A DNA stretch of 64,000 bases, taken from IMG/VR virus record IMGVR_UViG_3300050343_000220, positions 5,138-69,137 of that record; one strand, 5' to 3'. The stretch is from a virus. Below the pieces are notes generated by a model that ran no database searches, was not told the DNA's origin, and saw only the letters and a program-made list of their open reading frames with translations. Of the stretch, positions 28,167 to 36,385 are shown piece by piece. The number at the start of each line of letters is the position of its first letter. Position 1 is the first letter of the stretch. The translations under genes were made by a program, and so were the position numbers.

Positions 28167-28538
28167 TCAGAAGCGATAGATAGCACCTACTTTAGTGCCA
28201 AGTGCAAGATCATCAGAGTTAAACTCTTGATCAGCGGTGATGAATGAGACTTCACCATACAGATTGAAGTCTTCGTTCAAGTCGGCTGAGATTCCGACTT
28301 TGCCAGATACTTCCGTTTGAGTATCAACGTCTTCAACATAAACAAATGCAGGGCCTGCCTGAACATAGATCAGGACATCTTCACCTGCTTCAAATTCATA
28401 ACCAGCGTGAACCTCGGTAATACCTGCTTCTAGATCCGTACCAAGCCAAGCAGCATTGTTCTCGACGTTTGCATAGGGGCCAGCAAAGGCAGGGGCAGAA
28501 AGGGCACACAATGCGCCTGCAGCAATAATAGATTTCAT
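28167..28538 (-). CDS. small outer-membrane beta-barrel protein
   Basis: signal peptide (APAFA), YVQAGPA, LYGEVSF, terminal YRF. Confidence 0.75.
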   Translation of the reverse strand: MKSIIAAGALCALSAPAFAGPYANVENNAAWLGTDLEAGITEVHAGYEFEAGEDVLIYVQAGPAFVYVEDVDTQTEVSGKVGISADLNEDFNLYGEVSFITADQEFNSDDLALGTKVGAIYRF

Positions 28539-28654
28539 AATTACAGTTACTAAGTTATAGCGATTAATACTTATCGCTTCAGTTATTATATGAGTTAAAT
28601 AAACAAAAAAAGACCCCCGCTGATAAGCGAGGGACAGAAATATAATTGTATATA

Positions 28655-28837
28655 TTAGTGGCAGTAACTAACACCACGATAAGTAAAACAACCGTGATGT
28701 TCTTGTACGTCTGTTGATTTGATTGTGGGAATGCCACGGTAGCGTGTTTCAGACAGACGATGAACACGGAGTTCATTCTGTGCACGACGGTATTCTTTAC
28801 GTGCATTTTCGACAGCACGAGCTTGTATTTGGGTCAT
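28655..28837 (-). CDS. DUF4278-like small protein
   Basis: two YRG motifs (RYRGI, TYRGVSY); start moved downstream of the riboswitch. Confidence 0.7.
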   Translation of the reverse strand: MTQIQARAVENARKEYRRAQNELRVHRLSETRYRGIPTIKSTDVQEHHGCFTYRGVSYCH

Positions 28838-28868
28838 TGGAAACTCCATAGTGAGGTGGTAAGTTTCC

Positions 28869-28924
28869 CGTTCCTTCCCTCCATTCATGAGGTACTTGCG
28901 TCCCCTTATGTGAGGGGATGAACG
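28869..28924 (-). ncRNA. glutamine riboswitch (Downstream-peptide / glnA type)
   Basis: - strand CGTTCATCCCCTCACATAAGGGGACGCAAGTACCTCATGAATGGAGGGAAGGAACG: CGUUC/GAACG closing stem, GAAGGAACG end, upstream of a YRG-motif ORF. Confidence 0.8.
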
Positions 28925-28934
28925 TATTTATATT

Positions 28935-30611
28935 CTAATTGATTCCTAATCCTTCTGAGAATCCAAACTCAGGAAGTGTAAGACCGGCAAATCTAAAACG
29001 TCCTCCGCGTTTTCTGGCAGCATTGACACGTTTGTCACCGGCTTCAGATTCTTTTTTACGTTCGGGATATAAATTAGGGACAGTTGCTTGCATTCCAACT
29101 GATTGGGATACAGCACCTGCACCTCCAAGCGGTGCCATAGTTCTTGGCATAGACATTGCTTGAAGCGCAGGACCAAAGTTACCTGATTCTACAGCAAGTT
29201 CACGTGCATTCTTACCTGAAGCAAGAGTACTAATAGTATCAATAACACCAACACCAGTTAGGGGAGTAGCAACAACACTGCCTAAGCCAGCAATAATATT
29301 AGGAGCTTGAGTAAGGCCACGCTTAACAAGCTGGTCAGTAGCAAAGCGAGTAACTCCACCAAATGCTTCACCTGCTCCATATCCAAGACCTACAAGACCT
29401 GCAGCTTCACCTGGCTTTCCTTCCCGTAACAACTTTGCAGCTTCAGGGGAAGTCGCAAAAGCCCCTGCTAAACCTAAACCTCTGCTATTTACAAATCTAC
29501 TATATGGAGATGTTGGAGGCTTAGCTGCTTTAGGTGTTAGTTGAATGTGAGTGTCAGTATCATAAGACAATGGTATATGTTTACGATTAAAAGGGTCAGT
29601 ATTTTTTTCAACTAAACTGCCCCAGCCACTTTGTGCAGCTTGGTCTGGTGTCATATTTTTAAGAGTGTACTTTTTAATAGTTGGTACTTCTCCTGTAACT
29701 CTTCCTGGATTGCCAGATACCGGATGTGGAGAAGCTAGTTCTTGCATAAGTTCAAATTCACCCTTACCTGTAGCCTTGGATATTTTTTTTGTAAGATCTT
29801 CTAAGTACGTGGAATTATTGACGCTACCTTTGGCAGGAGGATTGAGTCCTAATTCATCAGCATATTTATATAAGTCAGCGGCTGTTGTTAAACCTCCTAT
29901 ACGTCTAGTATCACTATTGAACATAATATTGCCAGTGCTTTTTTCTACTCCCCATGTTGGACGAATACCTTTCGCAGCTGATTCATTAGCACCACCTGTA
30001 TAAAGATATTTACCTTTTTGTTCAGGCAGAAGTTCTGCACCACTAAAGTGAACAGAAGGATCAACAGTATTTAATGTGCCCGCAGAGTAATTATTGTCTG
30101 CATAGGAATAAACAGGATGTGTGCCATGGCCCCATATTGTTTCGGAAGCTGCTGCGCCAGCTTTATTAGCTGATTCTTTAATTGCTCCGAACCGTGATGA
30201 AGCTGCTGTAGGTGTTACTGTTGCGACTGAATCGAGATTTTTATGATTACGTAGATTTTTTAAGTATCCTCCACGTTGACTTGTATCTGGTTCAATAAAT
30301 TTAGTACCTTCATATGGAAATTTAGCAGCTGGATTATAAAATTGTCCACCTCTTTTGACATAATCTTGTTTTAGGTCTGGATCTAAGCCTGAAATAGAAT
30401 CAGCAAAGTTTTGACGATCAAAAGGATCTAAGTAGTCTTGATTGCCCCTTGTTTGATTGAACAACTCAGCTGCTCCAACCCCCATACCTCCTATCAAACC
30501 AGTAATGGCTTGCTGTTTAGCATTGTCTTGAAAATCTTTTATACGTTTACGTGCTTCAGGAGACTGCCCCGTACCTTTTGAAAATATAAAACCAAAAGGT
30601 TGTTTAGGCAT
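28935..30611 (-). CDS. large hypothetical protein with Gly-rich hydrophobic C-terminal half
   Basis: 558-aa ORF. Confidence 0.6.
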   Translation of the reverse strand: MPKQPFGFIFSKGTGQSPEARKRIKDFQDNAKQQAITGLIGGMGVGAAELFNQTRGNQDYLDPFDRQNFADSISGLDPDLKQDYVKRGGQFYNPAAKFPYEGTKFIEPDTSQRGGYLKNLRNHKNLDSVATVTPTAASSRFGAIKESANKAGAAASETIWGHGTHPVYSYADNNYSAGTLNTVDPSVHFSGAELLPEQKGKYLYTGGANESAAKGIRPTWGVEKSTGNIMFNSDTRRIGGLTTAADLYKYADELGLNPPAKGSVNNSTYLEDLTKKISKATGKGEFELMQELASPHPVSGNPGRVTGEVPTIKKYTLKNMTPDQAAQSGWGSLVEKNTDPFNRKHIPLSYDTDTHIQLTPKAAKPPTSPYSRFVNSRGLGLAGAFATSPEAAKLLREGKPGEAAGLVGLGYGAGEAFGGVTRFATDQLVKRGLTQAPNIIAGLGSVVATPLTGVGVIDTISTLASGKNARELAVESGNFGPALQAMSMPRTMAPLGGAGAVSQSVGMQATVPNLYPERKKESEAGDKRVNAARKRGGRFRFAGLTLPEFGFSEGLGIN

Positions 30612-30632
30612 ATTACTTAATTTGCAATAACT

Positions 30633-30839
30633 TTATTTTAACGAACGACTTAGGTCAAATTCAAATATAGCTCCTTGTAAAAAATGCTTTAGTTTAAAAA
30701 GTTCTTCTTGATCTACTTCACCTTGCCCTGTCCATTTCTCTAGTGTCATTGACACAGCACAATGAAGCGCACGTATTGTACGCTCATCAAACTCAACTGC
30801 AATATGTAAATCTTCCATAGAGACTATTGTATCAACCAC
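30633..30839 (-). CDS. hypothetical protein
   Basis: 68-aa ORF downstream of the polymerase. Confidence 0.55.
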   Translation of the reverse strand: MVDTIVSMEDLHIAVEFDERTIRALHCAVSMTLEKWTGQGEVDQEELFKLKHFLQGAIFEFDLSRSLK

Positions 30840-30846
30840 AAATTAT

Positions 30847-32154
30847 CTAATGAGTGGCTGCCCAATTATCACCATGGTCTGCAGCGGCAGTAATCGGAAC
30901 ACGGAAGTTGTAGTAACGCCCTGCTTGAGGAGCAGCAGCCACTAGGAGCTCTTTGACACGATCTACTTCTGCTGGTACTACAGATAGTTGAACCTCATCG
31001 TGGACGTAGGCACAACGGGTGTAGTCGTTGTCATAGGCAAGCCCTGCTTGATCAAGTAAGTCTTGACCGATGACACACCACCGCTTACTCAAAATCGCAC
31101 CACATGACTGAAGCAGGAAGTTGAGTGAACTGTGTTCTGCTCGGCAGAAGATAGGACGCCCATCTAATGCTTTGAGCTGACCGGCGCTACGGACCTTTGC
31201 TTTGACTGCATCAACCAGTGGTTCTAGACCAGGGATAGCGTCAAGAAACTTACGTCGTAGTTCTGTACCTAGTGATTTCTTCTGAGCGTCACTCAGTTCA
31301 GGATGCAAAATGTGACCTAACTTCACATCTCCAGCCCCATAAATGAACCCGTAGACCAGCGACTTGACCTCAGATCTTGTACAACCAACGCGCTCTGCAT
31401 TCTGCGTATGAATGTCACCGTTGACTACAACATCAGCAAAAGCTCCCTCATCGAAGACGGCTAGGTAGTGCCCGAGCGCCCGAAGTTCGAGTCCTTCTAA
31501 GTCAGCACCAACCATGACCATTCCAGGGTGTGGAATGAATAGCTGACGTGCCCATGGAGCACTTACGACCTGGCCCAAGTTGGGACCCCGATGCGCATTT
31601 CTACCGCTGATCGTTGCTAGTGAACAGCTGTGGTGAATGCAGCCGTCATCTTCAATGGTGTTGAACCATGAGTTAGATCCTTCAGACAACTGTCCCATCC
31701 ACTTCTGCAAAGTAAGCAGGCGGATAAACATCTCACACTCTTCATGCAACTTGGTATTCCCTTGCTGCAGTGCGGTGTCTCGTAGTTCAGACAGAGTTGC
31801 TTCGTCAACCTTAGGCTTACCTGTCTCAGTGACTTTGATAAACCGAGCTTTGCTGAAGTTCTGTAGAGCCCACGCAATATGCTGACGGCTCGTTGGATTG
31901 AAGTCGAGCAGCTTTGTCATAGGAGCACCTGCGAAAAAACCTTTGGTTTTATTTGAACGCTTAGGTGTATAGACCTTGCCAGGAACATAAATAAAACGTT
32001 TAGAGATTTGATCTTGTAGATCAGACATCTCTTGTTCAAACTCACCACGTACCCGTTCTGCTGCTGCTATGTCAAAGCGGAAACCACTTGCCTCCTGTTG
32101 GGCCATGATGCTGGCCATACGCATTTCAAGTGTGACGGAATCAATCAGTTTCAT
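30847..32154 (-). CDS. polA: family A (T7-like) DNA polymerase, polymerase domain
   Basis: motif A GADLEGLELR, motif B RSEVKSLVYGFIYG, motif C YVHDEVQ; start set at MKLIDS. Confidence 0.92.
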   Translation of the reverse strand: MKLIDSVTLEMRMASIMAQQEASGFRFDIAAAERVRGEFEQEMSDLQDQISKRFIYVPGKVYTPKRSNKTKGFFAGAPMTKLLDFNPTSRQHIAWALQNFSKARFIKVTETGKPKVDEATLSELRDTALQQGNTKLHEECEMFIRLLTLQKWMGQLSEGSNSWFNTIEDDGCIHHSCSLATISGRNAHRGPNLGQVVSAPWARQLFIPHPGMVMVGADLEGLELRALGHYLAVFDEGAFADVVVNGDIHTQNAERVGCTRSEVKSLVYGFIYGAGDVKLGHILHPELSDAQKKSLGTELRRKFLDAIPGLEPLVDAVKAKVRSAGQLKALDGRPIFCRAEHSSLNFLLQSCGAILSKRWCVIGQDLLDQAGLAYDNDYTRCAYVHDEVQLSVVPAEVDRVKELLVAAAPQAGRYYNFRVPITAAADHGDNWAATH

Positions 32155-32398
32155 CTTTGTCAGTACCCTCATCTGAATCAGTTGTTTTATTAAATCCGAA
32201 CTTTTCTTTGACAGATTCTTCTCGTTTTTTCATGCGCTCTTTCTGAGCTAACTTAGCTATGTTTTCCATAACTTTCAACGTATCTTCAGTAGATGCCTTA
32301 TCTGGCATACGCTCATCAACAATATTGAAGAGTGGAAAAAAGATATCTGCTGCTTCTGTAATTTCTTCAGAAGTCAATGGTGCATTTTTATCAGGCAT
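32141..32398 (-). CDS. small protein between exonuclease and polymerase genes
   Basis: 85-aa ORF overlapping both neighbours. Confidence 0.6.
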   Translation of the reverse strand: MPDKNAPLTSEEITEAADIFFPLFNIVDERMPDKASTEDTLKVMENIAKLAQKERMKKREESVKEKFGFNKTTDSDEGTDKDETD

Positions 32399-32915
32399 AG
32401 TCGCTCATTCTCCGTTGCATAAGTTGCCATAGTTTGAGGGTGACCTCAGTGTCTTGGATGCAGTAATCCAACATTTCAGGTGTATAGACAGCCCAGTTGC
32501 CGTCATGCTTGCCAAAGTCACCTTTGAAGCACTTCAACCTGTAGCCCCAGGCTTCTAGTGAATGTCTGCCGTAAAGGCGTTGGGGCATGCCTAGTGGACG
32601 TCGTTCGTGATCTCTATCCATGATGTGTGGATAGAACAAACGACTAAGCACAAGAGTATCCATTGCTTGACCTTTAGGTGCAAAGTCGGGGTACTGTTCT
32701 TTAAGTAGTGGGATATCGTATCCAATAATATTGTGACCAATGATTACATCAGCTTCTTCGAGTTGCTTGATACCTTGAATCAATGAACGTTCAGGCTGAT
32801 GATCAAATACGTGAGTGCTGCTATCGACAGCATCACGCATAACCATGCAGTGGATAGTAGATCCACGTCGTAGTAATCCAGTAGATTCAAGGTCAAATAG
32901 GAGTTGTGTCTTCAT
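32391..32915 (-). CDS. 3'-5' exonuclease domain of T7-like PolA (separate gene)
   Basis: FDLESTG, GHNIIGYDIP, HSLEAWGYRL, YCIQD; start set at MKTQLL. Confidence 0.9.
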   Translation of the reverse strand: MKTQLLFDLESTGLLRRGSTIHCMVMRDAVDSSTHVFDHQPERSLIQGIKQLEEADVIIGHNIIGYDIPLLKEQYPDFAPKGQAMDTLVLSRLFYPHIMDRDHERRPLGMPQRLYGRHSLEAWGYRLKCFKGDFGKHDGNWAVYTPEMLDYCIQDTEVTLKLWQLMQRRMSDYA

Positions 32916-33459
32916 CGAAGGTATGTGTTGCATTGTTTGGATCATATTCATCTGGCGCAAACGGGTTTGCTTTCGGGAAGAGAGTTTCGTCAATATCTCT
33001 GTCATTTGAATTCTTAGTAAATCTTGGGTCTTCATCTTCAAACATTGGCTCAATAGCAATGTTTAATTCACGAGCTAGACGTGCAGAACGTCTGAACTCT
33101 TCTTTGTAATACGGTTCCCAGTCATGGGCAAGTAGAACAATCTTTTTGATACCCATCATGTGTGCTTGAAACACTGATGTTGAAAATGGATATCTGGTTG
33201 TATAGATCACACCACCAATAGCAGGAGTCCCTGCTTTGGCTGCAGCTGCGACTGCATATGAAATGCAATCGATTTCAACCATGCTATCCGTCAGTATGCT
33301 TCTACCATCTCCAATAATCTCTCTATCACGAACAATGATACATCCACCTGGACATTTTGGATGTGTTGATGCTTGGCCAATTGCCTTTGCAACATTCATG
33401 TAGAATCGTTCTTTATTTTTGATGTAAGTCGGGTCACCTTTAGGGCTCGGCATATCCAC
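32893..33459 (-). CDS. dCMP-deaminase-fold protein lacking Zn ligands
   Basis: FYMNVAKAIGQAS...GCIIVRDREIIGDG...IYTTRYP...GIKKIV; no HxE or PCxxC. Confidence 0.7.
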   Translation of the reverse strand: MDMPSPKGDPTYIKNKERFYMNVAKAIGQASTHPKCPGGCIIVRDREIIGDGRSILTDSMVEIDCISYAVAAAAKAGTPAIGGVIYTTRYPFSTSVFQAHMMGIKKIVLLAHDWEPYYKEEFRRSARLARELNIAIEPMFEDEDPRFTKNSNDRDIDETLFPKANPFAPDEYDPNNATHTFDEDTTPI

Positions 33460-33517
33460 AATATATGATTCCAGTTCCTATATTAAGTAAGGAGTAATCA
33501 ATACGCGAGACAAACTC

Positions 33518-33835
33518 ATGAACGAAAAGAATAGCTTTTTTAGCAACGGTGATTATATTTCTGGGTTTAGTAATACCAAATTCAGTACTTGGGAATATAC
33601 AGAACCTGTCACAACTGACATGGTAAATAGCCCAGCTCATTACACGGCAGGACGCCATGAAGCAATCGAAGTAATTGAAGATGCAATTGATAAAGCTCCA
33701 AGCTGTAAGCAAGGATTTTTGCAAGCACAAGTTCTCAAATACATCTTGCGTATGTGGCATAAATCAAATAGCAAAGAAGATGCAGAAAAAGCACAGTGGT
33801 ATCTCACTAGATTGATAGATTCGCTAAACTATTAA
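33518..33835 (+). CDS. DUF3310 (T7 gp1.7-like) protein
   Basis: DMVNSPAHY...EAIEVI...LKYILR..HK...ED.EKAQWYL. Confidence 0.85.
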   Translation: MNEKNSFFSNGDYISGFSNTKFSTWEYTEPVTTDMVNSPAHYTAGRHEAIEVIEDAIDKAPSCKQGFLQAQVLKYILRMWHKSNSKEDAEKAQWYLTRLIDSLNY

Positions 33836-33859
33836 AGCCGCAGATAAGCGGCCTTGTTG

Positions 33860-34276
33860 TCAGCAGCGTTGAAAGAATAGATAATCTTTTCTTAGTTCAA
33901 GTGTCTCATGATCTTGGATGTGTGGCAATAAATTCTTATATGTAAAATCGAGATCATGTGAACTGTGTGTAAAGCATACAGATATACCTTCACTTAGTTC
34001 AGGATTGAAAGGCTGATACCAACCTCTAATAGTAAAAGAGTTCCAAGGCTCTAATCCTTGTGATATCCAACTGTTCAGTTCCTCTAGGCGCTGAGCAGTT
34101 TTTATTATGTGCCTTTCATGTGCAACGGATTTTGGGATACATGTAAGTCTATCTTCATAGAAGAGAGCATGTTTCCACATCAGTGTTCCATCTTTCAATA
34201 TCAAACGAGAGGGATGAACCCGATCGTTAGAAGGAAGAGTTAACAGGCAGTCCGGTGCAATATGTTTTGACATCAA
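33860..34276 (-). CDS. degenerate peptidase M15A-like protein
   Basis: W..AL...IP......II..A..LE.L...F.I.GWY.P...G.SV.F; His/Asp Zn ligands absent. Confidence 0.45.
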   Translation of the reverse strand: MMSKHIAPDCLLTLPSNDRVHPSRLILKDGTLMWKHALFYEDRLTCIPKSVAHERHIIKTAQRLEELNSWISQGLEPWNSFTIRGWYQPFNPELSEGISVCFTHSSHDLDFTYKNLLPHIQDHETLELRKDYLFFQRC

Positions 34277-34944
34277 ATACTACCTTTGTTTTCTTCGTAG
34301 TACTCAAGATCTTTAATCCAACCATCTCCTGCATATTCACTGTAGATAACACGACCAAGATCTCTAAAGCTGTCATAGAACAGAGAGACTTTGTCAATGT
34401 CAGTCAGTGCTTGACTAATTGGAGGACCATATACAATTAGATTCCAAGTAGAAGGTGATACAGGCTCAAAGCCAGTAGCTGTGGCACGTAACTGCTTTAC
34501 TCGTTTAAACGGAATACAGATTGGATAATCCCATACAACAGGTGCAGCCCGTAGTAGTTCTGAAGCACTGCTGAATAAAACAAAACTATTAATATATCCA
34601 TTGCGATATTCACTCAGTGTTTTGTTTAGCCAGATTCGGCAGTCACGTACAGCACCTTTGGGTGCAACCCAAACATTTCCATGCCAATGCTCTTGCAAAG
34701 GATTGACTTCAATGCTCGGTACGGATGTTGCATCAACTAGAACCTGTTGAACAGGATCTGAAGTTGGATCAAAGTCAATGCTGCCCATGACGGCACGTGC
34801 TCTATCAATGATCTGAGGTGTCGGATATAACGGAAGCTTTAATCCTTTGGCGGCAAGCTTATCCGATAAATTCTTCTGCGAGCGCTCTAAGGCCCTCTTG
34901 GCACCGACCTGCTTCGACTGCAAATGTTCTTGTTCCAGCATCAC
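34273..34944 (-). CDS. phage N6-adenine methyltransferase-like protein with altered catalytic motif
   Basis: TPQIIDRARAVMGSIDFDPTS...WHGNVWVAPKG (APKG where NPPY is expected). Confidence 0.65.
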   Translation of the reverse strand: MMLEQEHLQSKQVGAKRALERSQKNLSDKLAAKGLKLPLYPTPQIIDRARAVMGSIDFDPTSDPVQQVLVDATSVPSIEVNPLQEHWHGNVWVAPKGAVRDCRIWLNKTLSEYRNGYINSFVLFSSASELLRAAPVVWDYPICIPFKRVKQLRATATGFEPVSPSTWNLIVYGPPISQALTDIDKVSLFYDSFRDLGRVIYSEYAGDGWIKDLEYYEENKGSI

Positions 34945-35281
34945 TAATTAATGTTATTAATACATTTGTTGACCAGTCATTGTTTTCAATTTCTTCGAGC
35001 AGATCGCGAAGGAAGTCAACGATTTCCTCGTCTTCTTCTCGCTCAGCTGTTTTTAAATCGAATTCAATGGATTCAGGCCACATGAACGTCGTAGAGTCAT
35101 TCATTAGGTTGATGACTAAAGAGCCAGTTCCCCGTTTTTCTACACCATTAAGCGCAATATTAATCAGGTCAGAAAGAATTAACTCTGCAGTAGCCATAAG
35201 GAACTCCTGCTCTTGTTTCTTTTCAGGACCAAATTTCTTTGATGAAATTAGTTGTTGAATAAGATCGCTTCGTCTTGACAT
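34859..35281 (-). CDS. hypothetical protein
   Basis: 140-aa ORF in the replication operon. Confidence 0.6.
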   Translation of the reverse strand: MSRRSDLIQQLISSKKFGPEKKQEQEFLMATAELILSDLINIALNGVEKRGTGSLVINLMNDSTTFMWPESIEFDLKTAEREEDEEIVDFLRDLLEEIENNDWSTNVLITLISDAGTRTFAVEAGRCQEGLRALAEEFIG

Positions 35282-35313
35282 ATTCTTATGACTCTTTACT
35301 AAGGATAGATTAA

Positions 35314-36111
35314 TTAAAAGTTTTCTGTGGTATTTTCCTCGTCATCTTTAAAAAGACTATTAGGATTTTGATTAGATTGACTTGGGTGACGACCACTCAG
35401 CATATCTTCTACAACAGCTTGGAATCTGTCAGAGAAATTTGAGTCAGGTTCGAACAAAAGATTTGATCGATCTTCAAGCTCTTGTTGAGTAATCAGCTTC
35501 TCTTGTTCTTTCATTGCTTCTTCTAGGTTGTATTCAGCAATCTGCTGCTTAAGCGTATGTAGCTCACAAGCAAGCTCAAAACTTTCTAGATAAGAATCGC
35601 AGTCAACAAAAACCCCAATCTTTTGGGGTATTAGATGAAAGGGATTACAGCAATACTTGTTTCCACAGGTTGACTTAACACCAGTGTATCCAAGATCTCC
35701 CCATGTAAACCACATTGCTACACGTTGAGGGTGATGCTGTGTACTTGTACTAATACCTGGCCGCCTCCATGGGAATTGAGGCATACCATTGGTTTTACAC
35801 CTGTAGCCAAGCCATTCCCAGCAGTCATCAGGTTGACCTATATCAACCTTTGACCAAAACTTTAGAGCACGTTTACGTTCTTTTTTGAGAAGTCGATCGA
35901 TATTAAAAGAGATACGTCCTTCTCTTGCAGCAGCTACACAGCGCACACAAGCTTGATGACTGTCATAGCGCATTGATGATGAGCTAAACCTGCCTATCGA
36001 GTGACCGCTATAGAGACAGAGTGCTCCCTCTTCTGCGGTGTTAGACATATTCAAGTTTCTACGACCGTAGGTGTGGCCACCTACTTTCTTACTGGGTTGT
36101 GACTCAGGCAT
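35314..36111 (-). CDS. HNH / His-Cys nuclease-fold protein with acidic tail
   Basis: FWSKVD...CWEWLG...RVAM...VKSTCGNKYCCNPFHL. Confidence 0.65.
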   Translation of the reverse strand: MPESQPSKKVGGHTYGRRNLNMSNTAEEGALCLYSGHSIGRFSSSSMRYDSHQACVRCVAAAREGRISFNIDRLLKKERKRALKFWSKVDIGQPDDCWEWLGYRCKTNGMPQFPWRRPGISTSTQHHPQRVAMWFTWGDLGYTGVKSTCGNKYCCNPFHLIPQKIGVFVDCDSYLESFELACELHTLKQQIAEYNLEEAMKEQEKLITQQELEDRSNLLFEPDSNFSDRFQAVVEDMLSGRHPSQSNQNPNSLFKDDEENTTENF

Positions 36112-36347
36112 TAAAAATCACCATCAGGTTTTACATGACTACCACCGTGTGCTTTGTATTGATATTCGACAGGCAGTAGATCTAGTTGATGATTGAGTTT
36201 GTATTCAAACCTAGTACTATTTTCAAACTTGATACGCACCAAGCGTGCACGCGGTGTGTAATACTCTGGTTTGCCTACGATCAATGCAATTCGATTATGT
36301 GGCGCAACAAATACTCGTTGGCCAATCTTGATATCTGTGGATTTCAT
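36111..36347 (-). CDS. small SH3/KOW-like protein
   Basis: IKIGQRVFV...VRIKF; ends DGDF. Confidence 0.5.
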   Translation of the reverse strand: MKSTDIKIGQRVFVAPHNRIALIVGKPEYYTPRARLVRIKFENSTRFEYKLNHQLDLLPVEYQYKAHGGSHVKPDGDF

Positions 36348-36385
36348 TTAACTTAAAAATATGTATTTACTTAATTAAAGTGTAG

